This document shows positions 33,466 to 45,329 of a DNA stretch of 64,000 nt, piece by piece. How positions within the stretch are numbered: position 1 is the first letter of the stretch; the number at the start of each line of letters is the position of its first letter. The notes beneath the pieces are model-generated. The model did not search any database. It saw only the letters and a list, made by a program, of their open reading frames with translations, and was not told the origin of the DNA. A program made the position numbers and the translations under genes. This DNA is from Macrostomum lignano (lineage: Eukaryota), in NCBI GenBank assembly GCA_002269645.1, contig NIVC01002838.1:62001-126000 (forward strand), in the 5' to 3' direction.

Positions 33466-33589
33466 CTGTTAAAGATATTGGTAGATTAAGGAACTGTTCG
33501 TGTCGACTAGTATGTGTAGTAGCTAGACTGGTGAAATCTGGACCACAACGTGTACACTCAAAGATAAGATTTTATCAAAGCATATTTGA

Positions 33590-34230
33590 GGGGAATAGGG
33601 AGGCAAAGAGAGGGTGAACGAGAGGGAGAGAGACAGGTAGAGAGGTAGACAGAGATGGGGAGAGAGGAAGAGGGAGATGGGGAGGGAGGGAGGGAGACAG
33701 AGATGGAGAGAGAGGGAGGGAGACAGAGATGGAGAGAGAGGGAGACAGAGATGGGGAGGGAGGGAGACAGAGATGGGGAGAGAGGGAGACAGAGATGGGG
33801 AGAGAGGGAGACAGAGATGGGGAGAGAGGGAGACAGAGATGGGGAGAGAGGGAGACAGAGATGGGGAGAGAGGGAGACAGAGATGGGGAGGGAGGGAGAC
33901 AGAGATGGGGAGAGAGGGAGACAGAGATGGGGGATGGGGAGAGAGGGAGACAGAGATGGGGAGAGAGGGAGACAGAGATGGGGAGAGAGGGAGACAGAGA
34001 TGGGGAGAGAGGGAGACAGAGATGGGGAGAGAGGGAGACAGAGATGGGGAGAGAGGGAGACAGAGATGGGGAGAGGGGGAAACAGAGATGGGGAGAGGGG
34101 GAGACAGAGATGGGGAGAGAAGGAGACAGAGATGGGGAGAGAAGGAGACAGAGATGGGGAGAGGGGGAAACAGAGATGGGGAGAGAGGGAGAAAGATAGA
34201 GGGAGAGACGGGAAAGAGAGAGGGTGAGAA
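33590..34230 (+). repeat. Intronic minisatellite, 22-bp unit GGGAGACAGAGATGGGGAGAGA
   Basis: About 27 copies. Confidence 0.95.
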
Positions 34231-34260
34231 GAAGTGGACTGGGAGGCACCGCAGGCGCAC

Positions 34261-34440
34261 CTCTCAACCATGATGCCGGCCCTGATGGCATTGGCGACGC
34301 TGCGGAACTTGGGCTTCTCCCGGTGCTGCTTGAGCGAAGTCTGAGACCGCGTGAAGGTGCTCGCCAGCCAGTCACGCACCTCGTTGGGCACCTCGCCGGA
34401 GGGCACTTCGGGCAGTTCGTCCTCTTCGTTGCACAGGCGC
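34261..34440 (-). CDS. PDE1: PDE1 N-terminal regulatory exon (inhibitory and second calmodulin-binding region)
   Basis: RLCNEEDELPEVPSGEVPNEVRDWLASTFTR...EKPKFRSVANAIRAGIMVE, the hallmark PDE1 N-domain. Confidence 0.96.
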
Positions 34441-35439
34441 CTGCATATTTAGCGGTATAAATAATCGATAATTTTACTTCGAAAATTTTAATTACCGCGA
34501 AAAAATGAGAAAAATTAAACAAAAATTTACAAAAATTATTTACCATTGAGGCAAAAACTACAGATCGATAATTAATTCGTTAACGCGCTACTGAGCGCAA
34601 GGCAAGTCAACTACCGGTAAGCAAAATTATTTTTGAAATTTTGTTTAAATTTTGTACGTTTTTCAAGTCAAACATTTTAGCGAGTTTTTGTAATTCACAA
34701 AGAAACACGCAAACAAATAATTAACTCAGATTAGAAAACCAGTTTCAACTGAAGCGATGGGTGAAATAAGGAAAAATGCGTTTTGTTATATGCAGCTCGC
34801 TGTGATGGCTGTTTGAAATTTGAATTCCCGCGCTAAACCCGTTGCCATGGTGATCAGTCTGATCTCCGTATTCTAGTTGCTAAGGCTGGTTAATTAGAAA
34901 AAATATCAGCGGCACAAATTGTTAATCAGCTACCAAAGACGCGCGGATAAATTAAATATTTTATAGCAAGAGTTTGTGAGGCTTTGGTGATATTTAAACA
35001 AAATATTTGTTCAAGCTACCAGTTAAGAAGTTCAAATTATTGGGATCACAGCTATCGCTTTCTAGTTTCATAGAAAAAAATTACTCTGTCACTGCGGTGA
35101 CAGCTGCTCCTCGGCCGCTGGACTCCCTTCGAGTGACAGACAGGCTGCCCTCGGGGCTCAAGTCTGCCGCCGAATTCCGGCCCGTGTCACGTGGCGCCCT
35201 TGATGGCGGGCAGGTGTTTGTTTGGGAAATTTGAAACACTGTGTACTTTGGAAAGCGAAAAAAACTAGATTTTAACTTTATCGTGCTGTGGCAGGTTGCA
35301 AGCTGAATCATAGAACAAGTACATATTGATGAGCGCGAAACGTCAATATCTTTTAATACATTCACCGAAAGTATGCCATCAATGCGTAACACAAAGTTAG
35401 CACGAATGCTAGCCCCTCTCTTCTCTCCTTTCTTCCCAC

Positions 35440-36200
35440 CTCTCTTATACCCTCCCCGTACCCTCTTATACACCCTCTATTCTACCCTCAACCCTCTCTT
35501 CTACCCCCTTCTCTTCTACCCCCTTCTCTTCTACCCCCTTCTCTTCTACCCCCCTTCTCTTCTACCCCCTTCTCTTCTACCCCCTTCTCTTCTACCCCCT
35601 TCTCTTCTACCCCCCTTCTCTTCTACCCCCTTCTCTTCTACCCCCTTCTCTTCTACCCCCTTCTCTTCTACCCCCTTGCTCTTCTACCCCCTTCTCTTCT
35701 ACCCCCTTCTCTTCTACCCCCTTGCTCTTCTAACCCCTTGCTCTTCTACCCCCTTCTCTTCTACCCCCTTCTCTTCTACCCCTTGCTCTTCTACCCCCTT
35801 CCCTTCTATCCCCTTCTCTTCTACCCCCTTCCCTTCTATCCCCTTCTCTTCTACCCCATTCTCTTCTACCCCCTTCTCTTCTACCCCAGTCTCTTCTACC
35901 CCCTTGCTCTTCTACCCCCTTCTCTTCTACCCCCTTCTCTTCTACCCCCTTCTCTTCTACCCCTTCTCTTCTACCCCCTTATCTTCTACCCCCTTCTCTT
36001 CTACCCCCTTCTCTTCTACCCCCTTCTCTTCTACCCCCTTCTCTTCTACCCCCTGCTCTTCTACCCCCTTCTCTTCTACCCCAGTCTCTTCTACCCCCTT
36101 GCTGTTCTACCCCCTTCTCTTCTACCCCCTTCTCTTCTACCCCCTGCTCTTCTACCCTCTTCTCTTCTACCCCCTTCTCTTTTATCCCTCTTCTCATCTA
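35440..36200 (+). repeat. Pyrimidine-rich 16-bp repeat (CTTCTCTTCTACCCCC)
   Basis: About 45 copies. Confidence 0.95.
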
Positions 36201-36689
36201 CCTTCTCGTTTTATAAGCATTTTCTTCGACTCTACATTTCTTTCACCCTCTGTGGACCCTCTCTCCAAACACAGCTCCTCCAGCTTTCACAGCATATCGC
36301 CAAAAATCTCATAACTTATTTTCTAACTAATTAGCTTGGCGGTTCACTTTTTTATAATTAATAATTACTGATGATGATAAAATCGATGACCTCAGCAGCT
36401 TCATACCCAGTTGGAAGTCACATAAAATTACCAGAAAAAGATGCTTTTATAATGCCACATCTGTATGATGCCCATCCCACATTCTTCTGAGACCGAAATT
36501 CAATGAATTACTGCTAGGCTTTGATGCAGGCAACCCTTAGAAACATCCATAATGAAATGAAGGCTGATTTACAGGAGAACCAAGTCAGGGTGCGGGCTGC
36601 TGTGCCAAACTAGCATGCTAGAGAACTGCTCCACTTACTGACTGGGTATCGATTTAGTGATATACTGCCTGAGCTCATCCTTTTTGCAT

Positions 36690-37900
36690 TGTGTCTGTCT
36701 CAGTGTCTCAGTGTCTCACAGTCTGTCTCGGTGTCTGTCCCAGTGTCTCAGTGTCTCACAGTCTGTCTCAGTGTCTGTCCCAGTGTCTCAGTGTCTCACA
36801 GTCTGTCTCGGTGTCTGTCCCAGTGTATCAGTGTCTCAGTGTCTGTCTCAGTGTCTGTCTCGTGTCTGTCTCGTGTCTGTCCCAGTGTATCAGTGTCTCA
36901 GTGTCTGTCTCGGTGTCTGTCTCGTGTCTGTCTCGTGTCTGTCCCAGTGTATCAGTGTCTCAGTGTCTGTCTTAGTGTCTGTCTCAGTGTCTGTCTCAGT
37001 GTCTGTCTCAGTGTCTGTCTCAGTGTCTGTCTTAGTGTCTGTCCCAGTGTATCAGTGTCTCAGTGTCTGTCTCAGTGTCTGTCTCAGTGTCTGTCTCAGT
37101 GTCTGTCTCAGTGTCTGTCTCAGTGTCTGTCTTAGTGTCTGTCCCAGTGTATCAGTGTCTCAGTGTCTGTCTCAGTGTCTGTCTCAGTGTCTGTCTCAGT
37201 GTCTGTCCCAGTGTCTCAGTGTCTCACAGTCTGTCTCGGTGTCTGTCCCAGTGTATCAGTGTCTCAGTGTCTGTCTCAGTGTCTGTCTCGTGTCTGTCTC
37301 GTGTCTGTCCCAGTGTATCAGTGTCTCAGTGTCTGTCTTAGTGTCTGTCTCAGTGTCTGTCTCAGTGTCTGTCTCAGTGTCTGTCTCAGTGTCTGTCTCA
37401 GTGTCTGTCTTAGTGTCTGTCCCAGTGTATCAGTGTCTCAGTGTCTGTCTCAGTGTCTGTCTCAGTGTCTGTCTCAGTGTCTGTCTTAGTGTCTGTCCCA
37501 GTGTATCAGTGTCTCAGTGTCTGTCTCAGTGTCTGTCTCAGTGTCTGTCTCGTGTCTGTCTCGTGTCTGTCCCAGTGTATCAGTGTCTCAGTGTCTGTCT
37601 CGTGTCTGTCTCGTGTCTGTCTCGTGTCTGTCTCAGTGTCTGTCTCAGTGTCTGTCTCAGTGTCTGTCTTAGTGTCTGTCTCAGTGTATCAGTGTCTCAG
37701 TGTCTGTCTCAGTCTGTCTCAGTGTCTGTCTCAGTGTCTGTCTCAGTGTCTGTCTCAGTGTCTGTCTTAGTGTCTGTCTCAGTGTATCAGTGTCTCAGTG
37801 TCTGTCTCAGTCTGTCTCAGTGTCTGTCTCGTGTCTGTCTCAGTGCCTGTCCCAGTGCCTGTCCCAGTGCCTGTCCCAGTGCCTGTCCCAGTGCCTGTAA
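36690..37900 (+). repeat. 12-bp repeat (CTCAGTGTCTGT)n with variants
   Basis: Long tandem array. Source of the SVSV/CLSQ ORFs. Confidence 0.95.
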
Positions 37901-37989
37901 ATGTCGATATTGTCGCAACCATACCAGGTAATTCTGTTCAATTATTTATTAAAAAAACAATTAGTAGGCACAGATAATTCCAGTCTCAC

Positions 37990-38103
37990 CTGGTCTCATC
38001 AAGGTAGACAGACTCCAGCACCTGAGCGGCATAAGTCAAATTCTTGATCAGTGCATCTTTTGATATACCGTCGCTTGCAACTAGTTTAGCAATTTTTCTT
38101 AGC
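37990..38103 (-). CDS. PDE1: PDE1 N-terminal exon
   Basis: LRKIAKLVASDGISKDALIKNLTYAAQVLESVYLDET matches PDE1 LR..VKQLE...KKNLEYAA.VLE.VYIDETR. Phase 2-2. Confidence 0.93.
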
Positions 38104-38484
38104 CTGAAAATTTGCAGAAACGGAGCTTTGTTATAATCGACTTGCAGAATTAAATTTTAAAATATCAATCAAAAATAACAAATGCTTCGCCAACCCGCCC
38201 CAGCCTCATGCTCCAATCTCCATCTAATTTCCTGTTATGCATGGATTATCATCCTTCCACCATCATACAGACTTTAGAATCCGCCTCAGATTAGCCTTGG
38301 AGAGTCACTCTCGCTAAGATCACTAATAAGGCTGTCAGGCTGACGAGCGGGAGGCTGGGCAGGAAGGCAGGGAGATTAGCGGGATGCAAGCCAGTCTTCA
38401 AACTTTCTTAGCTACGAAGAATTAATAGTCACTTGGGTTGGGAGCTTGTCAAGGAGTCCCACAGCCAGAACTTGTGGTCTCTCT

Positions 38485-39285
38485 CACTCACGAACTCACG
38501 AACTCACGAACTCACGAACTCACGAACTCACGAACTCACAAACTCACGAACTCACGAACTCACAAACTCACTCACGAACTCACGAACTCACGAACTCACG
38601 AACTCACGAACTCACAAACTCACGAACTCACGAACTCACAAACTCACTCACGAACTCACGAACTCACGAACTCACGAACTCACGAACTCACAAACTCACA
38701 AACTCACAAACTCACGAACTCACAAACTCACTCACAAACTCACGAACTCACAAACTCACAAACTCACAAACTCACGAACTCACAAACTCACAAACTCACG
38801 AACTCACGAACTCACTCATGAACTCACAACTCACTAACTCACGAACTCAAGAACTCACAAACTCAAGAACTCACGAACTCACGAACTCACGAACTCACGA
38901 ACCTATGAACTCACTCACAAAGTCACTCATGAACTCACAACTCACTAACTCACTAACTCACTAACTCACTAACTCACTCACGAACTCACAACTCACTAAC
39001 TCACTAACTCACGAACTCACGAACTCACGAACTCACAAACTCACGAACTCACGAACTCACAAACTCACTCACGAACTCACGAACTCACGAACCTATGAAC
39101 TCACTCACAAAGTCACTCATGAACTCACAACTCACTAACTCACTAACTCACTAACTCACTAACTCACTCACGAACTCGCGAACTCACGAACTCGCGAACT
39201 CACGAACTCACTCACGAACTCACGAACTCACAAACTCACTCGCGAACTCGCGAACTCACTCACGAACTCGCGAACTCACACTCTC
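38485..39285 (+). repeat. 8-bp repeat (ACTCACGA)n
   Basis: About 95 imperfect copies. Confidence 0.95.
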
Positions 39286-39729
39286 ATAAATTTGTGCATT
39301 AAAATGAAGTTGTCTGAAGCCCGCTTGTTAATCCAGGTTTTGCTTCTACTAACTCAGTGTGGTCTCCTTGGTCATACAGGACAGGCCACAGGGGATTGGC
39401 ACTTTAAAAAAAGCTCCAGATGCGACTGCCCGGCAGGAGGTCATCAAACTGATCCTCGAGGCCGTCAAACTTGATCCTGATCAGCCGTGTATATAAAGTT
39501 AGACCGACAAAATGGTCACAGGCAGAAAACGAAGGAGTTCGAGAGCTTCCCAGCGGGATAGGGGAGGCTCTTAAACGAGCCGATAGGCAGATCCACTTGA
39601 CATTTTGTGATAGCGACTGCCTCGCCTTGATTTGGACTTATTTGATCATCAGTTGAGGTGCAGCCACTTGCTCAATAGTTTATCAATTGGCCCCTGATGA
39701 GCCGCTTAACTGGGCAGCTCTTTACTGCT

Positions 39730-40500
39730 CTGTCTTTATTCCTGTCTCTCTCCTGTCTGCCTTCCTGTCTCTCACTTCCTGTCTGTCTGACTGTCTGTCT
39801 GACTGTCTCTCTCCTTGTCTGCCTTCCTGTCTCTCACTTCCTGTCTGTCTGACTGTCTCTCTCCTGTCTGCCTTCCTGTCTCTCACTTCCTGTCTGTCTG
39901 ACTGTCTCTCTCTTGTCTGCCTTCCTGTCTCTCACTTCCTGTCTGTCTGACTGTCTCTCTCCTTGTCTGCCGTCTGCCTTCCTGTCTCTCACTTCCTGTC
40001 TGTCTGACTGTCTGTCTTTATCTCTGTCTTCATGTCTGTCTTCATGTCTGCCTTCATGTCCGTCTGACTGTCTGTCTGACTGTCTGTCTTTCTGTCTGTC
40101 TTTCTGTCTGTCTTCCTGTCTGTCTTCATGTCTGTCTTTCTGTCTGTCTTCCTGTCTGTCTTCATGTCTGTCTTTCTGTCTGTCTTCCTGTCTGTCTTCC
40201 TATCTGACTTCCTGTCTGTCTTCATGTTCGTCTTCCTGTCTGTCATCATGTCCGTCTTTCTGTCTGTCTTCATGTCTGTCTTCATTTCCGTCTTCCTGTC
40301 TGTCATCATGTCCGTCTTTCTGTCTGTCTTCATGTTCGTCTTCCTGTCTGTCATCATGTCCGTCTTTCTGTCTGTCTTCATTTCCGTCTTCCTGTCTGTC
40401 ATCATGTCCGTCTTTCTGTCTGTCTTCATTTCCGTCTTCCTGTCTGTCTCCCTGTCTGTCTGACTGTCTCTCTTCCTGTCTCTCTGTCTCTTTCTCTGCC
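39730..40500 (+). repeat. Compound (CTGT)/(TCTT)-based repeat
   Basis: Pyrimidine-rich tandem units with 12-bp and larger periodicities. Confidence 0.9.
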
Positions 40501-40755
40501 TCTCCGTTTCTCCTCGTCTTTGAGTCTCCCCGCCAATCATATTGCTTGACCTTAAAAATATTTTGCAATCAACTTTAATCCACCTATCTGCAGATTGTAA
40601 GGCCATAAAAATCCCAGGATCACACTGTTGGGAATCTGCACTTCAGCTGAAATGCACTCAAGTTTATTTTTCAGCTTGCGGAGAGATGGCACCGTGTATG
40701 AATCTAATGGAAAAAAAATTAAGCCGCAATAAAATAAAAAGTTTGTTGAGCTCAC

Positions 40756-40897
40756 CGAATCGAGCAGGAGTAGCTGGCCTCGGCTTCGCCAGGGGCGGGC
40801 ATCCTGTCCGGGTCCAGGTCCGGGTCCGAGCTTATGGCGGCCTCCGCCTGCGGAACACTCGGGTTCAAAGCTCGGTTCGGGCTCGCGAAGTCAGCCT
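40756..40897 (-). CDS. PDE1: PDE1 N-terminal exon
   Basis: ccttcag|AG ... ATTCG|gtgagc, phase 1-2, in frame with the next exon. ...DLDPDRMPAPGEAEASYSCSIR aligns loosely with PDE1C ..DELPQLD....KTSFR. Confidence 0.78.
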
Positions 40898-40924
40898 CTG
40901 AAGGTGTGAGGTGTTGGACTGCGT

Positions 40925-41770
40925 CAGTCAGGCAGTCAGTCAGTCAGTCAGTCAGTCAGTCAGTCAGTCAGTCAGTCAGTCAGTCAGTCAGTCAGGCAGT
41001 CAGTCAGTCAGTCAGTCAGTCAGTCAGGCAGTCAGTCAGTCAGTCAGTCAGTCAGTCAGTCAGTCAGTCAGGCAGTCAGTCAGTCAGTCAGGCAGTCAGT
41101 CAGTCAGTCAGTCAGTCAGTCAGTCAGTCAGTCAGTCAGTCAGTCAGGCAGTCAGGCAGGCAGGCAGTCAGGCAGTCAGTCAGTCAGTCAGTCAGTCAGT
41201 CAGTCAGTCAGTCAGTCAGTCAGGCAGTCAGTCAGTCAGTCAGGCAGGCAGTCAGTCAGTCAGTCAGGCAGGCAGTCAGTCAGTCAGTCAGTCAGTCAGT
41301 CAGTCAGTCAGTCAGTCAGTCAGTCAGTCAGTCAGTCAGTCAGTCAGGCAGTCAGTCAGTCAGTCAGGCAGGCAGTCAGTCAGTCAGTCAGGCAGGCAGT
41401 CAGTCAGTCAGTCAGTCAGTCAGTCAGTCAGTCAGTCAGTCAGTCAGTCAGTCAGTCAGTCAGTCAGTCAGTCAGTCAGTCAGTCAGTCAGTCAGTCAGT
41501 CAGTCAGTCAGTCAGTCAGTCAGTCAGTCAGTCAGTCAGTCAGTCAGTCAGTCAGTCAGTCAGTCAGTCAGTCAGTCAGTCAGTCAGTCAGTCAGTCAGT
41601 CAGTCAGTCAGTCAGTCAGTCAGTCAGTCAGTCAGTCAGTCAGTCAGTCAGTCAGTCAGTCAGTCAGTCAGGCAGTCAGTCAGTCAGTCAGTCAGTCAGT
41701 CAGTCAGTCAGTCAGTCAGTCAGTCAGTCAGTCAGTCAGTCAGTCAGTCAGTCAGTCAGTCAGTCAGTCG
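40925..41770 (+). repeat. Microsatellite (CAGT)n
   Basis: About 210 units with CAGG variants. Confidence 0.98.
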
Positions 41771-42119
41771 ACCTCAGTCTGCACGAAAATACGAATAAAA
41801 TCTATCCCTAATTCCTTTAGACCTCACTCAGCTATCCCACATCCCGCAACCCTCCTCATCGCGTTTTTTCAGCTTCATCGGGCGCGGGACGCTTGTCTCC
41901 TCAGAGCAAAGTAGCTGATGCTATCTGAATTATTAGATTTTCTAGCTGAGGAACTTCTCAGTTGGGGGATGCGAGGAAATGAGGGACTATGGATTTCGAA
42001 TTGTTCCGATGGTGGGCTGCCCTATGTGCCTGCACTTTTACTGCCCGGGGTAAACAGCTAAGTTTTTGGGAGAACTTGTGGGTCATTTTCTCGGCTATGG
42101 TGTCCACGGGTGTATGTCT

Positions 42120-42690
42120 TTGTTCTAAAGTGTGTGTCTTTGGTCTAAAGTGTGCCTTTGGTCTAAAGTGTGTCTTCTTGGTGTAAGTTTCTTTAGTCTA
42201 AAGTGTGTCTTTGGTCTAAAGTGTGTTTTTGGTCTAAAGTGTGCCTTTGGTCTAAAGTGTGTCTTCTTGGTGTAAGTTTCTTTAGTCTAAAGTGTGTGTC
42301 TTTGGTCTAAAGTGTGTCTTCTTGGTCTAAAGTGTGTCTTCTTGGTCTAAGTGTGTCTTTAGTCTAAAGTGTGTCTTTGGTCTAAAGTGTGTTTTTGGTC
42401 TAAAGTGTGTCTTTGGTCTAAAGTGTGTCTTTGGTCTAAAGTGTGCTTTTGGTCTAAAGTGTGTCTTATTGGTCTAAAGTATATCTTTAGTCTAAAGTGT
42501 GCCTTTGGTCTAAAGTGTGCCATTTGTCTAAAATGTATGTCTTTGGTCTAAAGTGTGTGTCTTTAGTTTAAAGTGATTCTTTGGTATAAAGTGTGTTTTT
42601 GGTCTAAAGTGTGCATTTGGTCTAAAGTGTATTTACGCTCTAAAATGTGTCTTTGGCTTAAAGTTTGTCTTTGGCCTAATTGTGTCAGTA
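42120..42690 (+). repeat. Minisatellite, ~19-bp unit TGGTCTAAAGTGTGTCTT
   Basis: About 28 imperfect copies. Confidence 0.92.
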
Positions 42691-43319
42691 GTGCATAACG
42701 TGCCTTTCGTTTACCAAAGTAAGTATCTAATCTAGAAGTGTGTCGAGCGAGGTTAATCAATTGAATTCCAGCAGTTTTGAGCCGAACTCTGACAGGATCA
42801 GTGAGATACCGGAGAGTGCAAACCAAGCAAAAAGCATTGAAAATCGAAAACCTATATTGTTGCCAATGCGGGTCTACTCACATTCTTAAAGCTGACTCGT
42901 GATATGCTGATCTCAAAAAAATCTAGAACATATCCAGTCGAACTTTGAGTTGAGTTATTTTTGTGTGTACTGTTCGATGAATCGAACACTTCTTGCTTGA
43001 GTTTGGTGGAGGGTTTTTCTAGGAAAAATCACATCTCTAGGATGAGGCCGGTGCAGAATCTGTTTTAAGCTACGCCCGTTTCTCGTCACAACCAATACCG
43101 AAAGCAAACCAATGGGAAGCCGTTCAATGGGAGTTTTTTCTGCGACACTTCCTGTTTGACTGATTCATAACAAAAACAAATAATGAAATAGCTAATGAAG
43201 AATAAATAGAAATAATTAGAACTACAAAATAGTTATTTTGTAGCATACTTAACCCAGAATATTTAAGCGGCAGTGAAGTTCCTTGAAACTCTTATTTAAA
43301 AGACAGAATTCCACGAAAA

Positions 43320-44305
43320 AGTTTTTGAAGGATCGCAGACATTCCTGGAAAGGCATTTTTAAAGGGCTTCAGACATTCCTGGAAAGGCATTTTTAAAGGG
43401 CTTCAGACATTCCTGGAAAGGCATTTTTGAAAGGCCGCAGACATTCTTGGAAAGGAATTTTTGAAGGGCCGCAGACATTCCTGGAAATCTTTTATTGAAG
43501 GGCCGCAGACATTCCTGGAAAGGCATTTTTGAAGGGACGCAGACATCCCGGAAAGGCATTTTTGAAGGGACGCAGACATTCCTGGAAAGGCCTTTTTTTG
43601 AAGGGACGCAGACATTCCTGGAAAGGCATTTTTGAAGGGCCGCAGACATTCCTGGAAAGGCATTTTTGAAGGGCCGCAAACATTCCTGGAAAGGCATTTT
43701 TGAAGGGCCGCAGACATTCCAGGAAAGGCCTTTTTTGAAGGGCCGCAGACATTCCTGGAAAGGCATTTTTGAAGGGCCGCAGACATTCCTGGAAAGGCAT
43801 TTTTGAAGGGCCGCAGACATTCCTGGAAAGCATTTTTGAAGGGCTGCAGACATTCCTGGAAAGGCATTTTTGAAGGGCTGCAGACATTCCTGGAAAGCAT
43901 TTTTTTGAAGGACTGCAGACATTCCTGGAAATCTTTTATTGAAGGGCCGCAGACATTCCAGGGAAGGCCTTTTTTGAAGGGACGCAGACATTATTGGAAA
44001 GGCATTTTGAAGGGCCACAGTCATTCTTGGAAAGGCATTTTTGAAGGGCCGCAGACATTTCCTGGAAATCTTTTATTGAAGGGCCGCAGACATTCCTGGA
44101 AAGGCATTTTTGAAGGGCCGCAGACATTCCTGGAAAGGCATTTTTGAAGGGCTGCAGACATTCCTGGAAAGGCCTTTTTTGAAGGGCCGCAGACATTCCT
44201 GGAAAGGCATTTTTGAAGGGCCGCAGACATTCCTGGAAAGGCATTTTTGAAGGGCTGCAGACATTCCTGGAAAGGCCTTTTTTGAAGGGCCGCAGACATT
44301 CCTAG
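43320..44305 (+). repeat. Minisatellite, ~33-bp unit TTTTTGAAGGGCCGCAGACATTCCTGGAAAGGCA
   Basis: About 29 copies. Confidence 0.96.
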
Positions 44306-45329
44306 AGACCAGAATATTTTAGCGACTGTATGAAAGTTGTGGATAATCAATGATTTCACAGCCATGAAATTTTTTTAAAAATCTAAAAATTTCAAGGTCA
44401 CTGAAATTCCCGGAAGCACCACTGACGTTCCAGAAAAGCACATTTCTACAAAACATTTTGACTGAGCAGATATTGGTTGGATGAAGTATATAAAAAAGCA
44501 AAAAAATGCGTCAGTTAAATTGATAAAAGGGCCATGAATTTTTTCCGTACTGAGCTTATCAACCTCGATGTTAAAGGGGTTGACAGCCGAAAATATATTT
44601 AATATTTCTCCGATTTTCGGGACAGAAAATCGAAACGTTTGTAGCGATCCCGGTCTGGTTAGCTTCGGGCTGTTTCGAAAAATCGATATTTTTACAAATT
44701 GAACATTGAGTTCTTTACTTATAGTAGACACACACAAATCTAGGACATTGTTATCTAAATTGTTATTTACAAAATTATTTTTTCGATTTATCGATAAAAT
44801 GGAAACCTTTGCAGGATAAAATTAATGGCCCTTCAATAAAAAATTAATGATTTTTATCAAACAATTTGACTCTTGAACACATAAAAGCGCATAAAATCGC
44901 AAAAGTGCTCACTTGCCGACTCAACCAGAATTTGAGGTCTGTGACATCTCGCATTCTCATCCATGGCTCAATCAGAAATATCCTTCCTTTGAGCTTGCTG
45001 TTTGAGTTTTAACAGATAGTCAAGACTTTACTTGTCTGTCAAAGATTGCAACCTCTCTGCATAGCAACAAATACAGTGATAAATACATTGGACTGTCTCA
45101 ACTGCTTGGATCTAAAGATGCACCAATGGTAGGGCAGGGATCTGCTTGGGCTAGCGATCGGCCAATGGCTGCCTCAGTTGCGTTACATTCGTTCTTCACT
45201 TCACTTGCATGTGGGGATGAAGTGTGCAGAGAGGCGGCGGATGAACCATTCAAAGGTGGAGATGGGGGCGGGGAGGACGGAGAGCAAGGCTGAGGACGAG
45301 AAGAGGTGAGACATTGCGGAGGAGTAGAC

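Noticed and set aside
39290-39660. Short ORF fragments in unique intronic sequence
   Set aside because: No splice-consistent frame or recognisable family.
41815-41930. Exon-like island upstream of PDE1 exon 40756-40897
   Set aside because: The strong donor gives a stop in the required phase. The only compatible version (MKLKKRDEE with a GTTGCG donor) is too weak to call.
44570-44600. TTAAAGGGGTTGAC resembling a TTAA-targeting MITE terminus
   Set aside because: No matching inverted terminus was found nearby.
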